Assembly: GCA_964016885.1 (NCBI GenBank)
Contig: OZ024740.1
Coordinates: 54,560,001-54,624,000 of the forward strand
Reading direction: 5' to 3'
DNA from: Eledone cirrhosa
Lineage: Eukaryota
DNA: 64,000 nt
How positions within the stretch are numbered: the stretch's first letter is position 1; each line of letters starts with the position of its first letter. The notes beneath the pieces were generated by a model. It was given only the letters and a program-made list of their open reading frames with translations. It did no database searches and was not told where the DNA came from. Position numbers and translations under genes: made by a program. Of the stretch, positions 41,811 through 53,712 are shown in pieces.

Positions 41811-43062
41811 GAGTGATTTAACCCGACGCTTTAATTTGTCGCGTCTTGATAATCTTAGTGTTGGTAACACTGCCTTAATGCATGACTAAAATATCATATG
41901 TATAGGGATATTCTAACCTACGCAACATGACTTTCTACCGTGTACCCAGTGCTGCTAGAAACACCAGCTTTAGAATGATACTACTAATAACAACTTTGGA
42001 GGTTGGGGAATGTAGATTAAAAAGATTCCAGTGCATGACTGGTACTTTACTTCGTAAATTGGGAATTGGGAAGATTTTATCAAGATATCTGTACCAGTAT
42101 TTATTGATATGTGTATATTAGTTCTGGTATTGACCAACAAAGGTTTCATCACGATACTGTTGCTTTATTGAATTATTTATTGGAATAAAATGTATATATA
42201 TGTATATATGAACATTTTAATTATAATATCGCGTAGTTTTGAGTAGTTAGATTTTTTAATTGAATAGGCGTAATTATAGTTCTATCACTGGATGTAATAG
42301 GAAGAAAACAGCTGGCATGTTGTCAGGGCACGGATTACATTTATTTCTAAATTCCTAGCTAATAAATTAATACTAATGGGTTAGATATTACCAATGCTTT
42401 TATATAGGTATTGTGGTGAAACAAAATCGGAGAAACCTCACTCCACTTGCTCCCTCTTAAGTATAATATTTTACAGTACTGTATTTAAGCGTACTAAAAC
42501 GTTGTAAAATGAAATGTACGCTGACAATTCTTCATAAATCAATTTGAAATATGTATTTGTTTTCATAACTCAAGCATTAAAACATTATTGTTACGATAAG
42601 CATAGTAGTGAAAATTGACATTTATCTTTTTTTAACTGTTACAAAGACGTTTCTATCAATTATTTCACTTGTGGGGAAAATACACGCTTTAAAATAATTA
42701 TTAGATAAAAAGAATTTCTTTTGAAATGCACTTTATTGTTCTACGAAAAAATAATATTGAAATTCTCATAGGATAAAAAAAAAATCATTATACCTAAAAT
42801 TCTATTTACTACGTTTCTGTACGATGGCGTGTCTAAAAGAAATTTACTACCCCTCTATAAAACATCGGCAAGTAGTTTTCTTTTTTAATTAACTGTAAGT
42901 AAATGGATTTAATACATGGTTGGTTGTTTCCATTTCTGGATATTATGATTTGGCATTAAAAGACGTTTACTGAGAGATATCTTGCTGTCCATTTCCTCTG
43001 ATGCTATTGGTCGTTGCCATTCCAATATCACAAACGCATATAGTTAAACCAATGTATGTATG

Positions 43063-43102
<40 letters not shown>

Positions 43103-43259
43103 AAATAACAGAGGTGTAACACACACGTTATTATATATTGGTAAACGGAATAGAAAATGCTGACAAATTGTTCACAGTTGAAAAATGGTTTAATTAGGAA
43201 TAAAAGAGTATTAGTGATTGTATGGGTTAGTATTCAGTTGTGGTTTTAAGTTTTTAAGT

Positions 43260-43296
43260 TTTTACCGGTTCCGCATTTCTAAATGCTTTTCAAAAA
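43260..43296 (-). ncRNA. Hammerhead variant (U3-A8 core; GAAA mutated to GGAA)
   Basis: TTT-TTGAAAA-GCATT taga AATGC-GGAA-CCGG-TA-AAA. Confidence 0.65.
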
Positions 43297-43596
43297 TAAT
43301 TTTGAGATAGAGTGTCCGTTCTGTTTGCTCTGATCTGATTAGTTTTGGGAATTCTACCTGTTTTTATGTTAAAAAAGTAGCTCCAATTTGCAAAAATTCT
43401 TGTGGTCAAAACAATTTTGATTGGTCGGTAGAGGTCATGTGAATAAAAAATTGGTTTTGCGCCAAGATTGAGAAATGACTCTTTCACAACAAATATATGT
43501 GTGTTTGTGTAGTAGTAGTAGTAGTAGTAGTAGTAGTAAGGTGTTCGATGTTGTGATAATGGTTAGCAGCGATGTGTGTCAAATGGCTATTAAGAT

Positions 43597-43645
<49 letters not shown>

Positions 43646-43825
43646 GCAGAGTAATTCGTGGTGGCAGGGATGGTCAGCAAGAATGTGTCTGAAAGCAATG
43701 GGGGGTATTTTAGCATGTCAAAAGATATTTTTCAGCTTTTGTCTTATACGGAGAAGTGCGTGTGTGTGTGGTGTGTATATATAAGTCTCTTTGTATGTTG
43801 ATGTACGCGTGTGTATGTGTGTGTG

Positions 43826-43876
<51 letters not shown>

Positions 43877-44023
43877 ACCAGTATTTTTTCCCCCCTGGTA
43901 AAATGGTGTACATTATTCGATTTTTTCGGTAAAATCGGTTCTCTTAATAGAACATCAAAAATCTTAACAATAAAAGGTGTGAAATGATATTCACTATATA
44001 TATATATACACACACACATATAT

Positions 44024-44063
<40 letters not shown>

Positions 44064-44215
44064 CACATATACACACATATATATATATGCACATATATCT
44101 TTTTGTGTTGCACCATAGAGCATGTGTGTTTACGTATGTCATTGTGTTTATATGTGGGTAGAGATGTGTGCTGATGTAGGTATATATGTTGACGTATGTA
44201 TGTTGTGGGTTCGTC

Positions 44216-44680
44216 TTAGGGAGAAGTGTTTAGACGGGGTCCGTATTTGTTAATGAAGTAAGATTCCTTGCTGATGCGCTGGGTGTGGGTGGCATTATCT
44301 TTAAATGTGTAGATGGGAAAGATTCTGAAGTTGGGATGATTTTGGGCGGCACAGGTATCAATGTGTTCACTCAGTGGTATTTTCTTGTATTCCCGTATTT
44401 TGATTTGGGATCTATGGACAGTCATGCGTTGGCGGAGGCTGTTTTTGGTCTGGCCTATGTATTGTTCTCGACAACCTGAACAAGTTAATACATATATTAG
44501 ATTTTCCGATGCACATGTGAAATTGTGTTTTACTATTAAACGTTGTCCATCTTTGAAATAGAATTCCGAACCCTCTATTAGGTTGATGCAAATGCCACAG
44601 TTGGGTCTATCGCATTTTTTTACTGTGGGTTTCGTTGTTGTGGTTGGCAGTACTTTGGCATGTGTTAAGATGTTTTTCAT
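44216..44680 (-). CDS. PLE GIY-YIG endonuclease domain, separated from RT by frameshifts
   Basis: NLIYVLTCSGCREQYIGQT..LRQRMTVH...RISKESYFINKY.PRLN. Confidence 0.85.
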   Translation of the reverse strand: MKNILTHAKVLPTTTTKPTVKKCDRPNCGICINLIEGSEFYFKDGQRLIVKHNFTCASENLIYVLTCSGCREQYIGQTKNSLRQRMTVHRSQIKIREYKKIPLSEHIDTCAAQNHPNFRIFPIYTFKDNATHTQRISKESYFINKYGPRLNTSP

Positions 44681-44837
44681 TGATTGGATTGTCTTTTGCT
44701 CTTTATGATATCGTGTGTTCGTAGAATTTGGTTCATTCTATGGTCCTTTTTCAATACAGGGATGTTCTGGAGGATGGTGTCAAAGGCCTCATTGTTGAGG
44801 GGGTTGTGTGTGGAGATGTATGGAAGAGCTTTTAGTT

Positions 44838-46541
44838 TTAGTTTTGATTTACTTTAGGGTGTCTAAGATCCTGGGTACTGAGTTTTAGGGCACGTTGGAT
44901 TCCATTGTCAATTAGTGATGCAGGATATTCCCTGCCTATGAGTGTGTCCTTTAGTTCTTGTAGCCGTAAGTAGCAGATGTTTTTATTGGAGACTATAGTA
45001 TAGATTCTCTTGGCTAAGTTGTAGGGAATATTCATTTTAACGTGTCTAGGGTGGCAAGAGTTGAAGGGGAGATATTGCTTGGAGTCTGTGGGCTTGTAGT
45101 ATATGTCTGTTTCTATTTTTTTGTTATGGATCATAATGAGGATGTCGAGGAAGGGGAGTTGTTGATGGCTGTATTCCATCGTGAAGTTAATATTTGTGTT
45201 GAGCCCATTTATAAGGGTGTGAAATTCTTTAAGTTTTTCGATGTTTTCGTGCCAAAGGATGAAGCAGTCATCTAGATATCGCTTCCAGTTCCTTTCAATG
45301 TGTAAGTGGAGGGTGTTTCCAAATTTGTTTAGGACTTTAGTGTAGAGGGTGATTTCCAGGTATCCCATGACTAGGTTGGCATAAGTGGGGGCTGTTTTCG
45401 TTCCCATAGCGGTCCCAGATTTCTGCCTGTAGGGTTTTTTATTGAAAACGAAGTAATTGTTCTCCAAGATAAATTTGAGTCCTTCTATCACGAATTCTTT
45501 TTTGATGCGTTGTGGGAGTTCATTGTGGAAATTATCCAGCCAGAATTGGATAGCTTCTATTCCTAGGTTGTGGAGGATGTTGGAGTATAGGTTGACTACA
45601 TCGAACGTCACTAGTAGGGTTTGTTCAGAAAGTGGCATATTAGGGAGGTGATTGAGCATATCTAGGTCGTCCCTTATATAGCTTTTGATGTGCTTGAGGA
45701 AGGGTTTGAGAAGGGTATCAATGAAGTTGCTAAGACGGTGCGTTTCGCAAGCGGGGCCTGCTATTATAGGTCTTAATTTGAGATCATTGGGTGAGGGGAC
45801 ATTGATGACTATGTCTGTGGCTTCCTTGCATGCCTTACTTATTGTTTCGCTTTTATGTACTTTAGGGATACCGTAGAAAAGGCTGAATTTACTTGTGAAG
45901 TCTGTGATGAAGCTGAATTCCTTGTTAGTGAGTCCTTCTTTGTATTGGTTGATTAGAGTTTTTAGGTTTCTCATAATTTTCTGTTGATTGTAGTGTTCAG
46001 CCTTTTCGTAGTATGTTTCGTTTTCCAAAGTGGAGAGCGCTAAGTTGATATAGAATTCTGTCTCCATTAGGACTACTGTACTCCCTTTATCAGCCTCTTT
46101 AATTGTAATGGTTCTGTCGGTTTTTAATCTATTTAATTCTTCCCATTCTTTCTTGTTGAGGTTTGGCTTGTGTTTTTGTCTGTGCAAGTGTTGGTAAGGG
46201 AAGTTTGTGATGTGTTCACAGAATTCGTCCAGGATTTTATTTCTACCTTTTGAAGGGGTGTAATTGCTTCTATTTCTTGCTAATGATTCATCCTCATTGT
46301 ACTGGTCGAATAGTTGTTCACTAAGTCGTAACTTTCTACAGAAGTCTGTGATGTCTTCCTTTATTTCATAGTAGTTAGGACGTAGTGGGGTCGGTGTGAA
46401 TTTAAGACCTTTGGAGAGTAAGTTGATAAGGTTGGGTGTTGGTTCTGCACTAGTAAGATTGATAATTTTTATTACTATCGGTTTCTCCTCCCTGTCTTGT
46501 GTTATTTTGTTTGCCTGTATCTGTGTGCTGTGTCTAAAAAA
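44838..46541 (-). CDS. PLE reverse transcriptase; the frame is open from the T6A heptamer at 46541, upstream of the ORF-track start
   Basis: IINL..LLSKGLKFTPTP, EADKG, YGIPKVHK, LRPII, FDVVNLYSNI, GTAMGT, RYLDDCF, LPFLD, YYKPT. Confidence 0.9.
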   Translation of the reverse strand, partial: FFRHSTQIQANKITQDREEKPIVIKIINLTSAEPTPNLINLLSKGLKFTPTPLRPNYYEIKEDITDFCRKLRLSEQLFDQYNEDESLARNRSNYTPSKGRNKILDEFCEHITNFPYQHLHRQKHKPNLNKKEWEELNRLKTDRTITIKEADKGSTVVLMETEFYINLALSTLENETYYEKAEHYNQQKIMRNLKTLINQYKEGLTNKEFSFITDFTSKFSLFYGIPKVHKSETISKACKEATDIVINVPSPNDLKLRPIIAGPACETHRLSNFIDTLLKPFLKHIKSYIRDDLDMLNHLPNMPLSEQTLLVTFDVVNLYSNILHNLGIEAIQFWLDNFHNELPQRIKKEFVIEGLKFILENNYFVFNKKPYRQKSGTAMGTKTAPTYANLVMGYLEITLYTKVLNKFGNTLHLHIERNWKRYLDDCFILWHENIEKLKEFHTLINGLNTNINFTMEYSHQQLPFLDILIMIHNKKIETDIYYKPTDSKQYLPFNSCHPRHVKMNIPYNLAKRIYTIVSNKNICYLRLQELKDTLIGREYPASLIDNGIQRALKLSTQDLRHPKVNQN

Positions 46542-47131
46542 TGGTTGGGGTAGAGGGGTTGTCTGCTGATGTTAAGTGGTCTCCTGTGTTTGTTATATTC
46601 CTTGTTGTTGTAAAATGTGGTTCGGGTTGGTGGTTGTAGATTGAATGGGGTGTTCCTGTACTGCGAGTATGGGTGTGTGTTTCTATATGCCATGTTGTAT
46701 TGTGGTGTTATAAGTGGCCTACGTTGTTGGTTGTATCGTGTGGTGTGGGTTTGTTGTGTATTGTGGAAGCGAGAATTGAGAAAATGGTAATTACCTTGCT
46801 GTCCCCTTGAAGCGGGGAAGTTGTTACATCTATCATGGCGGTGGTATCTTTTCCCTATGCTTGACGATGAGGCATCCGCGTAGTAGTTGAGTGATTTGGT
46901 ATGGTGTCTCCTTGAAGGGGGAAAGTTGTAAATGTCATTCTGGGGGAGATGATTTCTTGGGTTTTTGTTCCTTCTTATGGTAGCGAGGTTGGGGAGTTCA
47001 TCTTCGGTGTGGTGCTTCCTTCTTCGTTTGTTAGAGGCTTGGGGGTTTGAGAAGTTGTTGTGCGGTTCAGTTATGGGTTTTCCTATTTTTATGAACGGGT
47101 TACTGGAGGTGTAATCCGTTTGAAAAGTCGA

Positions 47132-47133
<2 letters not shown>
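46502..47133 (-). CDS. Upstream ORF1-like basic low-complexity frame of the PLE, 5'-truncated
   Basis: About 210 stop-free codons rich in R/N/H/Q/P/T, ending NHFLDTAHRYRQTK*; overlaps pol in the -1 frame. Confidence 0.6.
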
Positions 47134-47197
<64 letters not shown>

Positions 47198-47205
47198 TAT
47201 ATATA

Positions 47206-48186
47206 ACCGCATAGTTTAAACAACCCTACTCTCACTAACCGCAGCAGTCACTGCAACTGCTGTTACCCTAATGAATGCCCACTAAACGGACAATGCCTTA
47301 CACCCAATATAGTTTATAGGTGCACAGTCAAAACACCATCGCATAGTAGTTCCTCTATTGGCTCTAACTCTAACCCTTTTAAGGTACGCTGTAATGCGCA
47401 CTCATTTTCCTTCCGAGACCCTAGCAATAAATGTTCGACATCTCTAGCTAGGCTCATTAAAAACCTTAAAATAACCAAAATTGAACACTCACTAACATGG
47501 GATATCTTGGCTAGAGCCCAACCGTTCAATGTACGAAGAAACTCTTGTGATCTCTGTCTTACTGAGCTTATTACATAACTCTATCACGACCTGTACCGGT
47601 TAATGATAGAACGGAGTTAACTATTAGCTGACAACATCGAAGAGCTAATTCCTTCGCCAACAGTATATTTGACCCAATATAGTCATATATTCCCACTTTT
47701 GCTTATAGCTAAAAAGTTAAATAATTATAGCTAACTTAGATAATTATAGGTTACCTCCCTTACATTGTCTCTCACTTAAACTCATTAGCACTTCTTAACT
47801 ATAAACCACCTACAATTTCTGATTTCTCGAGGAGTTACTTCCCCTGAAACCACCCTCTAATTAGTAAGATAAATATGTCCTTTGGCGGCCATCTTGTTAC
47901 CCATAGGCAGATCTCACATAATGCAGCCTCGACAGAAGAATATTGCTCGCTTATGGCAGACAATAGATAGACCAGGACACCATAGTCAAATACCAATATA
48001 TGGAACATTACATTCATGTAACCCTCTTTACCTTAATTTATATTCCTTTTGAAGTTCCGATGAGCTGCTCCAATATTTCCTAAGTTAATTATCTTCAACT
48101 GAACCAGATCAATAATGATCTATAATCATTTGATCCAAAAACATTATATGGGGTAGCGAAACAATTGTAAACGGACATTATTATTA

Positions 48187-48230
<44 letters not shown>

Positions 48231-48492
48231 TACATTCCTTACATTAAGCTAAAACTATGTTGACAATCTTTTAATAATGTCTTCCTTGTGAAATGTGTGG
48301 TCTGGTTTTGCTTAACTAATGAATATTTCCAGTCTGTGCACCTAACCTCTGCATGAACCCAGCCACCTAGCTGCCTTCCACTTCATATTGTACATTGAGC
48401 ACATGCCTTTACGCTTTGGCTTCTAACTAATTCACTAATCTCTCTCCTCCTATCTTCATCTCTCTCTTTAAGATTGATTACTCTTGAACTTC
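47206..48492 (+). mobile_element. 5'-truncated PLE of the CNC/CPL lineage: GIY-YIG remnant (47222-47680) plus 3' region with hammerhead at 48054-48172
   Basis: CNCCYPNECPLNGQCLTPNIVYRCTV...IG...FKVRCNAHSFSFR...TSLA...WDIL...CDLCLTE; GTT-CCGATGA-GCTGCTCC...GGGGTAGC-GAAA-CAATTG-TA-AAC. Confidence 0.8.
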
Positions 48493-48505
48493 ATATATAT
48501 ATATA

Positions 48506-49980
48506 TTATGAAAATAAATCAAAGAAGCCTTCAATACATCAAAAGTCTTTATTAGCCAACAATGTTTCGTCCTATTAAGGACTCATCAGGGCAATTAAAG
48601 CTATAAGAAGCACTATCAGCCAATACAAGCCGAAAACTCAGAAGAATATGGAGTGTACATAGATTAAATCATAGGAAAATAATCGGGTAAAAATCATCAA
48701 GTAAAAAATTATCAAGTGCTAATTGCTAAGGAAGTAAGGAACATTTGGAACCATATTACAAATATAGTCCAATGCAAAAACTAGAACTAAAACAGAGGTG
48801 GTGATATAGAGCGGGAATTATTGTACTATACATAATATAATATAATATAATATAAAATAATATAATATAATTATAATTAATAATGATAATAATAATAATG
48901 TTAAAAGGCCCAATATACATATATATATATATACATATGTACACACATATACATATATATCAATACACATTTCCATCAATAGAAGCACAAACTAACCCTT
49001 ATCAAGAGTTTAAATATAAATAAGAATAATAATAATAAAAATAAAAATAAAAATACAAATGAAAAATACAAATGAAAATAAAATTAAAATATAATGCATA
49101 TAATATTTACAGTATAAAATGAAGAATAAATGATTAAAAGTAAGCATAAAATATATAATAAACTATATAATTATATAATAATATAATAGATAATCTCCGG
49201 TTAATTTGCACAAACAATATAAATGTTACAATAACAACTAAAATCACAATATTATAATATAATGGCATATAACTTAGCAAATCATATTGATTTACAGTCA
49301 GGGTGAGAAAAAAATATTGTACAGAACTAAATTATATTGGAAAAATTATGTTGGAAATATATCAAAACCATTGCAAGAAAATAGATCAAATTTCTATACA
49401 TTTGGTGTAAATAAATAAATATTATCCAAACATTACATGAATTATAAAAATGTCAACATATTACAGGATTTACAGAATTTAACATAACATAATGGTACAT
49501 ATAATAATTGGTAAATAATAATGATCAGTAGTATGTTTACAAAGAGTGGAATAATATAAAATTTCAATATAAAATATTGAACATAGTATAATATACATAA
49601 TTACATGGTTGGTGGAGAGCCGTTTGTGAATAAGAGAATGAGAGCCAGACAGACAGACTACGCACGGTAGTATATATAAATAAATACAATCAACCGGAAA
49701 TCAAAAAACAAAAACAAAAGTATTTACTTAGGTGTCACATGCAGTTAAGTAAAAAATTTAGGAAACAAACCCGGATAAATGACTAGAAAACCCTATTAAA
49801 TTAATTAATATTGAAAGTAAATAAAATACATAAGTCCATACAAATTTAGCTATTGTTTAAGTAATCAAAATCCCCTAATTGAAATATATTACTATAAAAA
49901 TATATCTGGAAAAAATGAAATATTCAACTATCAGTTGAATAACGTTATCCAATAAACAGGCTTTAAATAGAGTTATGGTA
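48506..49980 (-). mobile_element. pLTR family A, long copy, with hammerhead at 48551-48595 (far boundary uncertain)
   Basis: The first ~300 bp are near-identical to 27530-27830, and similarity to 1700-2170 continues. Confidence 0.65.
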
Positions 49981-50169
49981 GGCCAATGGCGACAGAAACA
50001 AGAAATGTATGGAGGATATGAAAGAGCATAAAATCATAATCAACATACTGTATTGTACAATAGAAAGGAGCATAAAAGGGAATTGGATATAATTATAGTA
50101 TATTTGAAGGGCCGAGTGACAAGTAAGTATGTGTGTGTGTGGGTGGGGGTAGTTATTCAAAGAAGAATC

Positions 50170-50209
<40 letters not shown>

Positions 50210-50212
<3 letters not shown>

Positions 50213-51345
50213 CGTTAAAACAATCAAATCTTAGTTTAATACATTTATTTGCTGACAATTGTTTCTTCCAGAGGGAAGTCTGGGAGGATCGGAGAATAGG
50301 GAATGACTAAACAGGTGATTAAAATCCTAGTCATTCAGAACATTTAGGTAGATACGTAAGTGTTGTTAGTGTCATAGATATCATGTAGAGAAGATTTTCA
50401 CTCAAGTGTTTTTATATTGTAGTTCGTATATAGATGTATATGTTGGTTGTAACTCACATTTATTAACCAAGGAATTCTTTTAGTTTGAGATATAATCTTT
50501 TGGAGTTGTGTATGGTTAATAGGTATGTGTTTGGTAAAGATAAATTCCACGGAATTACAGGCCATGTTTTTATAGTAAGTATATTATACTATGCATTTCT
50601 ATCTTCAAATTAACTATTAAGGATTTATAGGGCTTGCATTAATCGTTATTAAGTTGCTGGTAAAACATTAGGTTGCTTAATTTTATGAATGAGTGAAAAT
50701 CACCTCCCCAATTCAATCACGTGCTTTGCATTACACCTCACATAATATATATCTACTTTATCACCACATGTCTCACTTATAACATGCTTTAACATTCTAG
50801 AGGAAATATGCTTATTTCAGCTGTAATATAAATATTTCCTCATACATGCCTTATTGATTGTATTGACTCCTGCTTTATATACCCTTAACATTATCAGATC
50901 TCCAATGCAAAGATATCTTATGTCTATCCTATCTTACATTTCTCCTTGCCTGTAACTTGTTTTGCCTGTGCTTTTTGCTTGTACCTCTTACACTTTCAAC
51001 CAGTGCACATTGTAATTGAGTTCTCTCAAGCATAACATCTTTTTACCTCCTGATTCTCTACATGATGTCTATGACACTAACAACACTTATGTATCTACCT
51101 AAATGTTCTGAATAACTAGGATTTTAATCACCTGTTTAGACATTCCCCATGCTCCGATGATTCAGACTTCCATCTGGAAGAAACAATTGTCAGCAAATAA
51201 ATGTATTAAACTAAGATTTGATTGTTTTAACACTTTGTATCTCGACTCTGTAAAACACTTGATAATTTTCATTGAGCCTTTTGTCATACCGGTAAGCGGC
51301 TATTACTTAGTACTACCCTCCATATTTATAATTGTATATTAAACA
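50210..51345 (+). mobile_element. pLTR insertion with inverted arms (~50212-50390 and ~51055-51232); hammerhead at 51150-51195 (plus), decayed mirror at ~50251-50295
   Basis: TGCT-CCGATGA-TTCAGA cttcca TCTGGAA-GAAA-CAATTG-TC-AGCA. Confidence 0.75.
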
Positions 51346-51360
51346 TATATAAGTATAACT

Positions 51361-51435
<75 letters not shown>

Positions 51436-52212
51436 TTATGTATGTATATATATATACATACATATATATATGTATATATGTGTGTGAGTCTGTGTGTGTC
51501 TGTGTGTTTACGTCTGTTGCTAAGGAAATACAATCTTCGCCGTAATATTTACTATATAATATAGTCTAATTATGGAGCGTATAAACCAATTGAACGGAAA
51601 GAATATGCGTATCAATATACGTGGTATACCCATCTTTTTTGAGTTCAGTGGGTGCTTATGTCACGTTAATAGACTATATTATGTAATCAATGTTCAAATC
51701 CCGACGAGGTTAGCTTTGCCTTTCATCCTTACAGGGTCGATAAAATAAAGTACCAGTATTGTACTAGGTAATTGCTGGCATTGTGCCAAAGGTAGAAGCA
51801 ATTATGTAATCAATGTTATGGTGCAGCTTCTCTATCACTTTCACCCCTATATATCGCTCACCGCATTCCAAACATACTTCCTTTACACACACACACACAC
51901 GCATATATATTTATATATAATGATAATAATAATAATAATAATAATAATAATTATAATAATAATAATAATAATTATTATTATTATTATAATAATAATAATA
52001 ATAATAATAATACTATTTATAGTTATGTATACACTCTATACAACTTTAAATAGGAAAGGTCAGTAATTTATTACTACTTTATTACCTGTAAGAAACATAG
52101 CTCAAAGTAAATACATCAGATGTTTTACAGAGCAGGAATATAAATTATAAATTACACAATAAACAAAGTTATGTTCAATTCAATAGGAAATTATATGTAC
52201 AAACATTGCTAA

Positions 52213-52259
52213 TGCTCCGATGACACCAAACGAAAGTTTGGAAGAAACGATTGTCAGCA
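52213..52259 (+). ncRNA. Hammerhead ribozyme (U4C core)
   Basis: TGCT-CCGATGA-caCCAAAC gaaa GTTTGGaa-GAAA-CGATTG-TC-AGCA. Confidence 0.75.
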
Positions 52260-52315
52260 ATAAAATGATTTGAACATAACTTTGATTATTGTGTAATTTA
52301 TATATACATATATAT

Positions 52316-52904
52316 AAAAGAAAATATTCGCTCTACATGTTTGAGTACAATAAATGTAATATGAATTTTTCGAATAGTAATAATAACATTTGTTTCGTTT
52401 GAAATTATGCAAACAAGACTCAATTTTGTAGTCATGTCAGTAGAATGAACCCTTAATTCTTGCTCTTGTGTTGGCATGTGAACAGAACTGCAGACACTAA
52501 TGTTTCTGCGTATCACCCTTCATCATTTCAACTCACTGTTCACCTTCCAAACTGTCAGAGATAGTGAAAATATATGCTATTTTCAAAAATACACAGTGAC
52601 TGCTAATATGCAGATCTGACTGATCAGCCAGTCTGCTAATAAGCAAATCAGGCCAATCAGTCACTGTGTATTTTTGAAAATAGCATATATTTTCACTAGT
52701 TCTGACAGTGTCGCAGGTGAACAGTGAGCTGTACAGATGAAGGGTGATACCCAGAAACATTAGTGTCTGCAGTTCTGTTCACATGCCAACACAAGAGCAA
52801 GAATGAAGGGTCCATTCTACTGACATGGCTATAAAATTGAGGCCTGTTGCATAATTGCAAACGAATCGAATGTTATTATTAATATTCGAAAAACTCAGAT
52901 TACA

Positions 52905-52908
<4 letters not shown>
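52316..52908. mobile_element. pLTR insertion with ~245-bp inverted arms (~52352-52600 and ~52659-52906); mutated hammerheads at 52487-52533 (minus) and 52728-52773 (plus)
   Basis: GCTGTA-CAGATGA-aGGGT gat ACCCa-GAAA-CATTAGTG-TC-TGCAGT; the mirror core is ATGATGA, so the consensus is CTGATGA. Confidence 0.75.
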
Positions 52909-52971
<63 letters not shown>

Positions 52972-53665
52972 TCAGAAGATCCCTTTAAGGGTAAATGCAG
53001 CGATTCTTTGCTTAAACTTTAATCTGTTATTTTAATAAATATTTGCTCTAGGGTTCTTCTAGATCTGATATATATTCATCCTTATCGAGCCCTCTTTGGA
53101 TTATAGTCTTCGCATTTATTATATATGTGTGTGTGGGTGTGTGTGTTTATATATGTATGTGTGTGTGTGTATGTATGTGTGTGTGTGTGTGTGTGTGCGT
53201 GTATGTATGTGCATGTGTGTGTGTATGATAAAGTTCTAAATCAATATACGATGATATATTGTAAGACAATAGACCTAGGCAGGGTGAAAACGTAAAAGTA
53301 TTCACAATTTGAATCAATTGAATTAGACAGTATTTTCGTTGTTTAACTCATCAGGCTGTCAGAACGTAGATATCTTCCTATAGGCATGTATAGTGTTGTT
53401 TTGGGCTAATAGGATAATCAGCGATTAATTATACGCAATAAATCAACAAATTCTGGATTAACAGCTCTCACAAGCAAGCTAGTCTATTAGAAATCCACAA
53501 ATATCGAATTTACTACTAGGTTTTCGTGTCGATATTGGTAGTCCATCTGTTAGAATTAAGCTTGCTGCAAATTAATTAACAGGACAGCAGAAAGCTGATT
53601 GGAATATGTCGGTAGTTCTAAATATAGCCGTACCACTTCGCCAAAGGAAGCACTCGACCAAAATT

Positions 53666-53712
<47 letters not shown>

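Larger units (their letters stand above)
43099..47134 (-). mobile_element. Neptune-type Penelope-like element, copy 1 (upstream ORF, RT, Cys linker, GIY-YIG, 3' pLTR), TA-flanked
   Basis: RT and EN motifs listed below; CDRPNCGIC linker; hammerhead at 43260-43296. Confidence 0.92.

Noticed and set aside
45042-45876. Plus-strand ORFs over the PLE
   Set aside because: Antisense shadows of the RT frame.
53055-53105. Hammerhead-like remnant on the minus strand
   Set aside because: Both core segments are mutated (CCAAAGA, GAAT); not counted.
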